Positions 16,736 to 24,342 of a DNA stretch of 26,493 nucleotides are shown here, one piece after another. The notes beneath the pieces are model-generated. The model was given only the letters and a program-made list of their open reading frames with translations, made no database searches and had not been told where the DNA came from. The translations under genes and the position numbers were made by a program. The DNA is from a bacterium. GTDB lineage: Bacteria > Krumholzibacteriota > Krumholzibacteriia > G020349025. Each line of letters starts with the position of its first letter. The stretch's first letter is position 1. The stretch spans positions 1 through 26,493 of the forward strand of contig JANLSU010000131.1 in assembly GCA_031362565.1 (NCBI GenBank). Direction: 5' to 3'.

Positions 16736-18187
16736 ATGACAAATTCGCGTCCCCTCCGCGCCCGCTTCGCTCCAAGTCCGACCGGCCGTCTCCACGTCGG
16801 CGGCGCTCGCACCGCGCTCTTCAATTGGCTCTTTGCCCGCCACCACGGCGGCACGCTCGTGCTCCGCATCGAGGACACCGATCAGGAGCGCTCGACGCGC
16901 CCCGCCGAAGCGGCGCTTCTCACCGACCTGCAGTGGATGGGAATCGATTGGGACGAGGGTCCGGATTGCGGCGGTCCTTTCGGCCCGTACCGGCAGACCG
17001 AACGCCTGGCGCTCTATGCAGAACACGCCGCGCGGCTGGTCGCGTCGGGCGATGCGTTCGCGTGTTTCTGCACCGATGCCGAACTCGAGGTCAAACGCCA
17101 GGCCCAGATCGCCGCCGGCGGTGAACCACGCTATGACGGCACCTGCCGCGACCTGCCGGCAGCCGAAGTCGAGGCGCGCCGGAACCGGGGTGTCGCGTCC
17201 GTGACCCGCTTTCGCGTCCCGAGCCGCCCGGTGCACTTCGAAGACAACGTCCGGGGCCGCATCGAGTTCGGTGCGGACACGGTCGGCGATTTCGTCCTGC
17301 TGCGCTCGAACGGCTTGCCGACCTATAACTTCGCGTGCGTCGTCGACGATGTCGCGATGCAGATCACCCACGTCATTCGCGGTGAGGACCATCTCTCGAA
17401 CACGTTGCGCCAGGTGCTCGTCTACGAAACGTTGCATTTCGCCCAACCGGTTTTCGCGCACGTCTCGCTCATCCTGGGTGAGGACCGCAGCAAGCTGAAA
17501 AAGCGCGCGGGCCAGGAAGGCACCTACGTCGACGAGTACCGCGACCGCGGCTACTTGCCGGATGCCCTCGTCAATTTCCTGGCGCTGCTCGGCTGGTCGT
17601 CGGCAACGGGCGATGAAGTCCTGACACGGGAGCGGCTGCGGGCCGAGTTCGACCTGGGCCGGGTGTCTCGTTCGCCGGCCATTTTCGATGTCCAGAAATT
17701 GCGCTGGATGGCGGGTGAGCACGTGCGCGCCGCACCGGTCGCCGGCCTCGTGTCGCTCGCCCAGCCGTTCTTGGCCGCGGCCGGGTTGCCCACCGACCCC
17801 CTCCGCGTGCAGGCCTGGATTCTGGCGTTTCGCGACAGCATCGCCTGCTTGGCCGAGATCCCGGTGCGCGTCCGCGAGCTGCTCGAACTGGGGGAACCCG
17901 AGCCGGAGGCCGCCGCCGCACTCCAAACACCCGGGGCACGTGGTTTGCTGGCTCTCGTCGACGAGCGCTGGGGGACACGCACCGACCTGGACGGCGCGGC
18001 TTTCAAAGTGCTCTTGCAGGAGAGCGGCAAGGCACTCGGCCTCAAGGGACGCGAGGTGTTCATGCCGGCACGCGCCGCGCTCACGGGACGCATCCACGGG
18101 CCCGACCTGCCGCTGCTCTTCGACAGCCTTGGCGCCGCCGCCGCTCGAGAACGCCTGCGCTTGCATGCACGCGGCGGCGCGTGTTGA
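16736..18187 (+). CDS. gltX: Glutamate--tRNA ligase
   Basis: RFAPSPTGRLHVGG, LRIEDTD, PTYNFA.VVDD, ITHVIRGEDH, KMSKS-equivalent KLKKR, anticodon domain R.ALTG..GP.L. Confidence 0.97.
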   Translation: MTNSRPLRARFAPSPTGRLHVGGARTALFNWLFARHHGGTLVLRIEDTDQERSTRPAEAALLTDLQWMGIDWDEGPDCGGPFGPYRQTERLALYAEHAARLVASGDAFACFCTDAELEVKRQAQIAAGGEPRYDGTCRDLPAAEVEARRNRGVASVTRFRVPSRPVHFEDNVRGRIEFGADTVGDFVLLRSNGLPTYNFACVVDDVAMQITHVIRGEDHLSNTLRQVLVYETLHFAQPVFAHVSLILGEDRSKLKKRAGQEGTYVDEYRDRGYLPDALVNFLALLGWSSATGDEVLTRERLRAEFDLGRVSRSPAIFDVQKLRWMAGEHVRAAPVAGLVSLAQPFLAAAGLPTDPLRVQAWILAFRDSIACLAEIPVRVRELLELGEPEPEAAAALQTPGARGLLALVDERWGTRTDLDGAAFKVLLQESGKALGLKGREVFMPARAALTGRIHGPDLPLLFDSLGAAAARERLRLHARGGAC

Positions 18188-18244
18188 ACTGGACACAGGA
18201 ATCGTAGGACGCGCCGTGGGGATGGCGGGACGAAAGGGGCGACG

Positions 18245-19279
18245 ATGCGCGTAATCGTGTTGTTGGGCGGTAATTCGCCGGAGCGTGACGTTTCGAAGGT
18301 TTCGGGCCGGGCGGTCGCGGAAGCTCTGTCGCGCGCCGGCCACCAGGTCGTGGCAATCGACACCGCGGGTCCTGCCGCGGGGCAACCCATCGACTTCACC
18401 AAACCGGCGCAGGTTTCGAGCGAACCGCCGTCCACCGCACTCGTGCCGGCAAGCGATGCCATTCACGCCGTCGAGCGCATTGGCGCCAGCTCCTTTGGCG
18501 ATGTCGACGTGGTGTTCGTGGCGCTGCATGGCGGCAGTGGTGAAGACGGCACGATCCAAGCGCTGCTCGAACTCGCGGCCGTGCCTTACACCGGCTCCGG
18601 GGTCATGGCGAGCAGTCTGGCGATGGACAAAGAAGTGTCGAAGCGGCTCTTCCACGATCTCGGCGTGCCGACACCGGCTGGTTTTGCCGCCGATGCGACG
18701 ACGCCGCACGATGAACTGGTGCAGCGCATCGAGCGCGAATGCCGCTGGCCGGCGATCGTCAAGCCGAACAGCGCCGGCTCGAGCGTCGGATTTGCGATCC
18801 TGCACGGGCCGCAGGATGTAAAGGTGGCAGTCGCCGCGGCCGCCGTCTACGACACGCGGCTCATCTTCGAAGAATTCATCGCCGGCCGCGAAATGACCGT
18901 CGCGGTAGTCGACAACCAGGCGCTGCCGGTCGTCGAGATCGTCCCCGAGGCCGGGGTGTACGATTACAAGAGCAAGTACACCAAGGGTTCGAGCCGGTAC
19001 CAAGTGCCGGCCGAGATTCCCGAGACGGTCGCGGCGGCGATGCAAGCGCATGCGCTGCGTGCCTTCCAGGGTCTCAAGTGCCGGGACTTCGCGCGCATCG
19101 ATTTCCGCCTGTCGCCCGAGAACGAGCCGTATTGCCTCGAGGTCAATACGATTCCCGGGATGACCTCGACGAGCCTGGTGCCCAAGGCGGCCAAGGCGGC
19201 GGGAATCGAATTCGACGCGTTGGTCGATCGCATCGTGCGGATGGCGGCTGCCCGGGGGCGAGTGAGGACGGCGCGCTGA
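18245..19279 (+). CDS. ddl: D-alanine--D-alanine ligase
   Basis: GGNSPERDVS, LHGGSGEDGTIQ, MDK, VKPNSAGSSVG, YDYKSKY (Tyr-type omega loop), RIDF, LEVNTIPG. Confidence 0.96.
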   Translation: MRVIVLLGGNSPERDVSKVSGRAVAEALSRAGHQVVAIDTAGPAAGQPIDFTKPAQVSSEPPSTALVPASDAIHAVERIGASSFGDVDVVFVALHGGSGEDGTIQALLELAAVPYTGSGVMASSLAMDKEVSKRLFHDLGVPTPAGFAADATTPHDELVQRIERECRWPAIVKPNSAGSSVGFAILHGPQDVKVAVAAAAVYDTRLIFEEFIAGREMTVAVVDNQALPVVEIVPEAGVYDYKSKYTKGSSRYQVPAEIPETVAAAMQAHALRAFQGLKCRDFARIDFRLSPENEPYCLEVNTIPGMTSTSLVPKAAKAAGIEFDALVDRIVRMAAARGRVRTAR

Positions 19280-19336
19280 CGCCGTCGGCCGCTTGATGCT
19301 GCGAGTTCTGAACACCCACACGACGCCGGGGACCGG

Positions 19337-20119
19337 ATGGCCCACAAGCGACTGATCGGCATGGTGCACTTAGCCGCGCTTCCCGGTGCGCCACGCGCCC
19401 AGCTGTCGCTCGACGCCATCGAAGCACAGGCCGTCGACGAGGCCCGCACGTTGCGCAGCGCCGGTTTCGATGCCTGCGTGATCGAGAACTTCGGCGACAA
19501 TCCATTTCACAAGGATGCGGTCGAGGCGGTGACGATCGCGGCCTTGACCCGCATTGTCGGCGCGGTGCGCCGTGCCGAGCCCGAGTGGCAGGTCGGCGTC
19601 AACGTGTTGCGCAACGACGCCCACGCCGCGCTCGCAATCGCGGTCGCGACCGGGGCCCACTTCATCCGCGTCAATGTGCATGTCGGCGCGGCCGCCACCG
19701 ACCAAGGTGTGATCGAAGGGCGGGCCGCCGAAACGCTGCGCTTGCGCCGCGCCCTCGGGGCCCAAGTCGAGATCTGGTCCGACGTCCATGTGAAGCACGG
19801 GCGGAGCCTGGCACACGAGACGATCGAGCGCGAGGCCGAGGATGCCGTGTTGCGTGGGATGGCGGATGCCCTCATCGTGAGCGGCACCGGTACCGGGCAC
19901 GCGGCGCGCCTCGAAGACGTGCAGGCGGTCGCGGCGCTCGCTCTCGGAGCGCCGGTGCTGGTTGGCAGCGGGGTGACGGTGGAAACGGTGCGCGCGGTGT
20001 TGCGGATTGCCGATGGCGTCATTGTCGGTACGGCGCTCAAGAAGGGCGGCGCGACGACGGCGGCGCTCGACCCCGAACGTCTGCGGCGATTCGTGGACGC
20101 GGCGCGCGGCGCAGCCTAA
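19337..20119 (+). CDS. BtpA/SgcQ family TIM-barrel protein
   Basis: IGMVHL.ALPGAP, ENFGD.PF, GVNVLRND, FIRVN, DVHVKH, ADALIVSG.GTG, LVGSGV, DGVIVGT.LK. Confidence 0.93.
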   Translation: MAHKRLIGMVHLAALPGAPRAQLSLDAIEAQAVDEARTLRSAGFDACVIENFGDNPFHKDAVEAVTIAALTRIVGAVRRAEPEWQVGVNVLRNDAHAALAIAVATGAHFIRVNVHVGAAATDQGVIEGRAAETLRLRRALGAQVEIWSDVHVKHGRSLAHETIEREAEDAVLRGMADALIVSGTGTGHAARLEDVQAVAALALGAPVLVGSGVTVETVRAVLRIADGVIVGTALKKGGATTAALDPERLRRFVDAARGAA

Positions 20120-20184
20120 GGCGCGACCGCGACATCGCTGGGTGTGGCGCTCGACGGTCCGGCCCCGCCGCTTCCGCCCAAAGG

Positions 20185-20988
20185 ATGCCGGTGAAGAAGT
20201 TCGGGTACTACCGCAGGCTTGGCGCTCGGGAGCGCCGCATCTACGACCGCAGTGACGGCGTCACATCGGTGCGCGTGCCGGCCGCGGCGCCGCTCCTCGA
20301 GTGGTCGTTGCGTCTCGCGGCCGCGTTGCGTGCCGACGACCGCGCTGGATCCGAATTGGCGTCGCAACGCCTGGCCGATGGTCTCACCCACCGGTTGCAC
20401 GTCATGCCGGTGCAGGTACGCGTTCTGGCAGTGCGGCCGTCGACAAAGAGTTCCGAACTCCACGGTCTCTACGAGTACGGCGGCGGCCGCAAGCGGCCGA
20501 TCATCTCGGTGTGGATGCGCACGGTGCAGAAGCGGCAGGTCGTGGCGTTTCGCACCTTCCTTCGCACCTTGCTCCACGAAGTCGTGCACCATCTCGACTA
20601 TCAAATGCTGCGGCTCGAGGATTCCTATCATACGCAAGGTTTCTACAAGCGCGCCGAGAGCCTGTACCGCCAGCTGGCACCGCTAGCATTGCAGCAGGCC
20701 GATACCGCCGGCGCATCCGCAGGCAGCGGCGCATCCGTGGGCGCGGATGGTGTACCCGCAGACGCACGAGCGGTCCGGCCGGTTCGCGCGGTTCGCCCGG
20801 TGCCGGAACTCGCGCCGCGGAGCGCGAGCCCGCGTCCGCGGCCGCGGCCGCGGCCAATTGTCGCGACAGACGCGGCTGTCGCACCGCCCACACCACGCCG
20901 CCGCCGCGCTCCTGCGCCGCAGGTTGCAGAGCAACCGCTCCTACCGTTCCCGGATCTCGTGACCAGCGGTTCGCAGTCGGACAGGTAG
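20185..20988 (+). CDS. SprT-like/WLM-like zinc metallopeptidase-domain protein with disordered Pro/Arg-rich tail
   Basis: ELHGLY, I.VWMRT, RTLLHEVVHHLD, distal HTQGF. Start is ATG 20185 or GTG 20191 (AAGGA SD). Confidence 0.75.
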   Translation: MPVKKFGYYRRLGARERRIYDRSDGVTSVRVPAAAPLLEWSLRLAAALRADDRAGSELASQRLADGLTHRLHVMPVQVRVLAVRPSTKSSELHGLYEYGGGRKRPIISVWMRTVQKRQVVAFRTFLRTLLHEVVHHLDYQMLRLEDSYHTQGFYKRAESLYRQLAPLALQQADTAGASAGSGASVGADGVPADARAVRPVRAVRPVPELAPRSASPRPRPRPRPIVATDAAVAPPTPRRRRAPAPQVAEQPLLPFPDLVTSGSQSDR

Positions 20989-20990
20989 GC

Positions 20991-21027
20991 AAAAAAACAC
21001 CCGGCACTTGCGGTACCGGGCGGTTTT
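20991..21027. terminator. Intrinsic terminator between convergent genes (strong for rpmB, likely bidirectional)
   Basis: Minus strand CCCGGTAC-CGCAA-GTGCCGGG followed by TG and T7; TTTT on the plus side. Confidence 0.8.
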
Positions 21028-21050
21028 GAAATTCGGTACGGTCGGCGGTC

Positions 21051-21287
21051 TTAGACCTTGGCACCGTTGGCGCGCATCTCACGCACGACGGCCGACAGGC
21101 CGCGCTTGTTGATGATCTTCATCGCCGAGGTGCTCAGCCGCAGCGTGACCCAGCGCTTTTCCTCTTCGAGGTAGTAGCGCTTGGTCTGCAGGTTGACCTC
21201 GAACCGGCGCTTGCTCTTGTTGTTGGCGTGGCTGACCTTGTTGCCGACCATCGCCTTCTTGCCGGTCACCTGACAAACGCGCGACAT
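21051..21287 (-). CDS. rpmB: 50S ribosomal protein L28 (78 aa, single-Cys form)
   Basis: [34 protein letters not shown]...; AAGGAGAGAG SD upstream. Confidence 0.97.
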   Translation of the reverse strand: MSRVCQVTGKKAMVGNKVSHANNKSKRRFEVNLQTKRYYLEEEKRWVTLRLSTSAMKIINKRGLSAVVREMRANGAKV

Positions 21288-21411
21288 GACTCTCTCCTTC
21301 GAAGACACGTGGCATCCCATGGGCGCGACCGCGCGGCGGTCTGTCTCGTGAGCCCTAGGACGCGAACTCGGATTTGAGGCGTCGCCCGGAAAAGGCGGCC
21401 GCAGAACGGAG

Positions 21412-21441
21412 AGAATGCCTCACCGGGGCCCTGAAAGTCAA
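21412..21441 (-). promoter_or_regulatory. sigma70-type promoter for rpmB
   Basis: Minus strand TTGACT-N18-CATTCT. Confidence 0.55.
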
Positions 21442-21600
21442 ACCGCTCGGAACCATGTGATTCCAGGACCCAGCGCTCCCCAGCGCCCCCCAGGGCGGTG
21501 CGGGGCCCGCGCCGGGACCGCAGTTGCACCCCCAACCAATTGAATTAAAGCAGATTACAAGACAGTGCAACATTTCGCGTGGCGCCGCGTAATACTAATC

Positions 21601-21619
21601 TGATATCGTTCTAGTATCA
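21601..21619. promoter_or_regulatory. Candidate operator of the SPFH-Arc operon
   Basis: TGATATCG-TTC-TAGTATCA (TGATA-N9-TATCA dyad) in an AT-rich patch just upstream of the AAGGAGG SD. Confidence 0.55.
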
Positions 21620-21642
21620 CGATCCGAGAAGGAGGCACGTCC

Positions 21643-22521
21643 ATGACGGCGAATGTGAAGGAGTCCACCCGAACGGGTGTTCCCGGCGGCCTGATGGTGC
21701 TGGTTGAAATCGCGGCTTTGGTTGCGGCGGTCTCGGTCTTTGCGGGTGGGATTCGCGCCGACGATCCGGTCCGCATTCTCGGCGCCGTCGTTCTGTTCGT
21801 GCTGATCGTCATCGGTTTCGCGGGTTTCTTCGTCGTTCAACCGAATACCGCCAAAGTGCTGGTGCTCTTCGGCAGCTATCGCGGCACGGTCAAGCACAAC
21901 GGTTTCTTTTGGACCAACCCATTCACGAGCCGCTCCAAGATCTCGCTCCGAGTCCGCAACTTCACGAGTGACAAACTCAAGGTGAACGACCTTGCCGGCA
22001 ATCCGATCGAAATCGCCGCCGTGGTCGTGTGGCGCGTCGACGATACGTACGAAGCGAAGTTCGTGGTCGAGGACTACGAGAACTTCGTGTCCGTGCAGAG
22101 CGAATCGGCGGTGCGCCATCTGGCGAGCAAGTACCCGTACGACGAACCACATCCGGGCGAGAAGTCGCTGCGCGGCAGCCTGGACGAAGTCACGGACGCG
22201 CTCAAGCACGAGCTCCAGGCCCGCCTCGATCGCGCCGGCGTCGTTGTCGAGGAAGCCCGCCTCGCGCACTTGGCCTACGCCCCGGAAATCGCCCAGGCAA
22301 TGCTCCGCCGGCAACAGGCCCAAGCGATCATCGCGGCGCGATCGCGCATCGTCGAGGGCGCAGTGACCATGGTGGAGATGGCGCTCGAGCAGCTGAAAGC
22401 CAAGCAGATCATCGATCTCGACGGTGAGCAGAAGGCCGCCATGGTGAGCAATCTGATGGTGGTGTTGTGCGGCGACCGCGATGTCTCGCCGGTGGTGAAC
22501 ACCGGAACACTTCGTCACTGA
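21643..22521 (+). CDS. SPFH/band 7 domain membrane protein
   Basis: Two N-terminal TM helices, [65 protein letters not shown]. Confidence 0.95.
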   Translation: MTANVKESTRTGVPGGLMVLVEIAALVAAVSVFAGGIRADDPVRILGAVVLFVLIVIGFAGFFVVQPNTAKVLVLFGSYRGTVKHNGFFWTNPFTSRSKISLRVRNFTSDKLKVNDLAGNPIEIAAVVVWRVDDTYEAKFVVEDYENFVSVQSESAVRHLASKYPYDEPHPGEKSLRGSLDEVTDALKHELQARLDRAGVVVEEARLAHLAYAPEIAQAMLRRQQAQAIIAARSRIVEGAVTMVEMALEQLKAKQIIDLDGEQKAAMVSNLMVVLCGDRDVSPVVNTGTLRH

Positions 22522-22598
22522 GACACTCGCGGGCTGGCCTGTCGAAGGGGGAGCCGACGGCAGGCCGGCCGCCGCCATCAATCACGGGAGACGACGCC

Positions 22599-22796
22599 AT
22601 GGCCGAACGCAAGTCGATCCTGCTGCGGCTGCGGCCGGAGGTGTACGAAGCGTTGCAGCGCTGGGCCCAGGACGAGTTCCGCAGCGTCAATGGACAGATC
22701 GAATACGCGATCGACCGGGCGCTGCGCGAAGCGCATCGCACCCGCGGTTCGGATGCCGGGCGGACGCCGCTCGCGGAACCGCCACCGGAGGAGTGA
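22599..22796 (+). CDS. Arc-family ribbon-helix-helix DNA-binding protein
   Basis: MAERKSILLRLRPEVYEALQRWAQDEFRSVNGQIEY; GGGAG SD. Usual partner of this SPFH subfamily. Confidence 0.9.
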   Translation: MAERKSILLRLRPEVYEALQRWAQDEFRSVNGQIEYAIDRALREAHRTRGSDAGRTPLAEPPPEE

Positions 22797-22875
22797 CCGC
22801 GCCGCACGCTTTTGCCCAAGCTCCGCTCCGCCTCGCCTGCCGCTCCTGCCGCTCCTTCCGCGCTTCGCGCTCCTC

Positions 22876-22884
22876 TGCTAACCT
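22876..22884 (+). promoter_or_regulatory. Candidate extended -10 promoter for cysS
   Basis: TG-C-TAACCT ending 21 nt before the ATG. Confidence 0.35.
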
Positions 22885-22905
22885 CTCGAGTCCCTTGGGG
22901 GTGCC

Positions 22906-24342
22906 ATGCCGTCGATTCGCGTCTATGACACGTTGCGCCGCGAAGAGCGCGAACTCGAAACCGTGCATCCCGGTGAAGTGCGCCTGTATGTCTGCGGCAT
23001 GACCGTCCAGGACAAGCCGCACATCGGCCACTTCCTGCCGTTCCTGACGGCCGACGTGGTGCGGCGCTATCTCGAATTCCGCGGCTACAAAGTCATCCAC
23101 GTCCAGAACTTCACGGATGTCGACGACAAGATTATCGACCGGGCGCAGAAGGAAGGCGTGACGCCGGAAGTGGTGGCCGAGCGCAACGTGCAGAAGTGCT
23201 TCGAATCCATGCGCGCCATGAATCTGCTGCCGGCGACGCACTATCCGAAGGCCACCGAGCACATTCCGGAGATTCTGGCGCTCATCACCGATCTGGTCGG
23301 CAAGGGCTACGCCTATGCCGCCGGCGGCGATGTCTATTTTCGCGTTCGCAAGTTCGCGACCTATGGCGCGCTCTCGGGCCGCGATCCCGATGACATGCTG
23401 AGCGGGGCGCGGATCGAGGTCGGCGAGCAGAAGGACGATCCGCTCGATTTTGCGCTGTGGAAAGCAGCCAAGCCGGGCGAGCCGCAATGGCCGAGCCCCT
23501 GGGGGCCCGGGCGGCCGGGCTGGCACATCGAGTGCTCGGCCATGTCGCGCAAGTATCTCGGCGACGAACTCGACATGCACGGCGGCGGCCGGGATCTCAT
23601 TTTCCCGCATCACGAGAACGAGCGCGCCCAAACCGAAGCCGCGTCGGGGCGGCCGTTCGTGCGCTACTGGATGCACAACGGCTTGCTGTACACCGGCGGC
23701 CAGAAGATGTCGAAGTCGCTCGGCAATTTTTTTCTGATCGAAGACATTCTGCAGAAGTACAACGCCGACGAGGTGCGTTTCTATCTGCTCTCGACGCACT
23801 TTCGCAGCCAAGCGGAGTTCTCGAACGAACGCCTCGAAGAGGCACGCGCCGCGTTCGAACGCATCACCCAAGTCGTGCGCCGGCTGCTCGAAATGCAGGC
23901 GCGAGCCGGCGAGCCGGCGCCGCTCACGAGCGCGGCCGGGGTCGAGCTGCGCGAGGCCCTGGGGCGCGTGCAGGGCGACTTCTACGAGTGCATGGATCAT
24001 GATTTCAATACCGCTGGGGCGCTGGGCCGGGTTTTCGAACTGGTGCGCGAAGTGAACCGCTACCTCGACGAGCTGCCGCCCGGCACCGACCGCACGGTGC
24101 TCGACGCAGTTCTCGAGCGCCTCGGAACGCTCCTGCAACTGATCGGGTTCTTCCCGAACGGCCTCGCGGCATTGGCGCCCGTGGAGGCGCCGGAAGCCAT
24201 TCGCGCCCTCGCCGACGAGCGTCTCCGCGCCCGTGCGGCCAAGGACTGGGCGCAGTCCGACGTCCTGCGCCGCGAGATCGATGCCCAGGGCTGGGTCGTC
24301 GACGACCGGCCCGACGGTTACCGCCTCAAACCCCGGACGTGA
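22906..24342 (+). CDS. cysS: Cysteine--tRNA ligase
   Basis: YVCGMT, HIGH, NFTDVDDKII, DFALWK, GRPGWHIECSAM, FPHHENE, KMSKSLGN, DFNT. Confidence 0.98.
   Translation: MPSIRVYDTLRREERELETVHPGEVRLYVCGMTVQDKPHIGHFLPFLTADVVRRYLEFRGYKVIHVQNFTDVDDKIIDRAQKEGVTPEVVAERNVQKCFESMRAMNLLPATHYPKATEHIPEILALITDLVGKGYAYAAGGDVYFRVRKFATYGALSGRDPDDMLSGARIEVGEQKDDPLDFALWKAAKPGEPQWPSPWGPGRPGWHIECSAMSRKYLGDELDMHGGGRDLIFPHHENERAQTEAASGRPFVRYWMHNGLLYTGGQKMSKSLGNFFLIEDILQKYNADEVRFYLLSTHFRSQAEFSNERLEEARAAFERITQVVRRLLEMQARAGEPAPLTSAAGVELREALGRVQGDFYECMDHDFNTAGALGRVFELVREVNRYLDELPPGTDRTVLDAVLERLGTLLQLIGFFPNGLAALAPVEAPEAIRALADERLRARAAKDWAQSDVLRREIDAQGWVVDDRPDGYRLKPRT

Noticed and set aside
18245..19279. Stand-alone ddl as a possible VanA-type D-Ala-D-Lac ligase
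   Set aside because: The omega loop ends in KY (D-Ala-D-Ala type), and there are no vanH/vanX/vanRS neighbours.
16589..19369. 926-aa minus-strand ORF opposite gltX and ddl
   Set aside because: Shadow ORF from high-GC codon bias; no recognisable motifs, and it overlaps two clear genes.
19585..20184. N-terminal extension of the SprT-like ORF
   Set aside because: Off-frame overlap with the BtpA gene; low-complexity Arg-rich translation.
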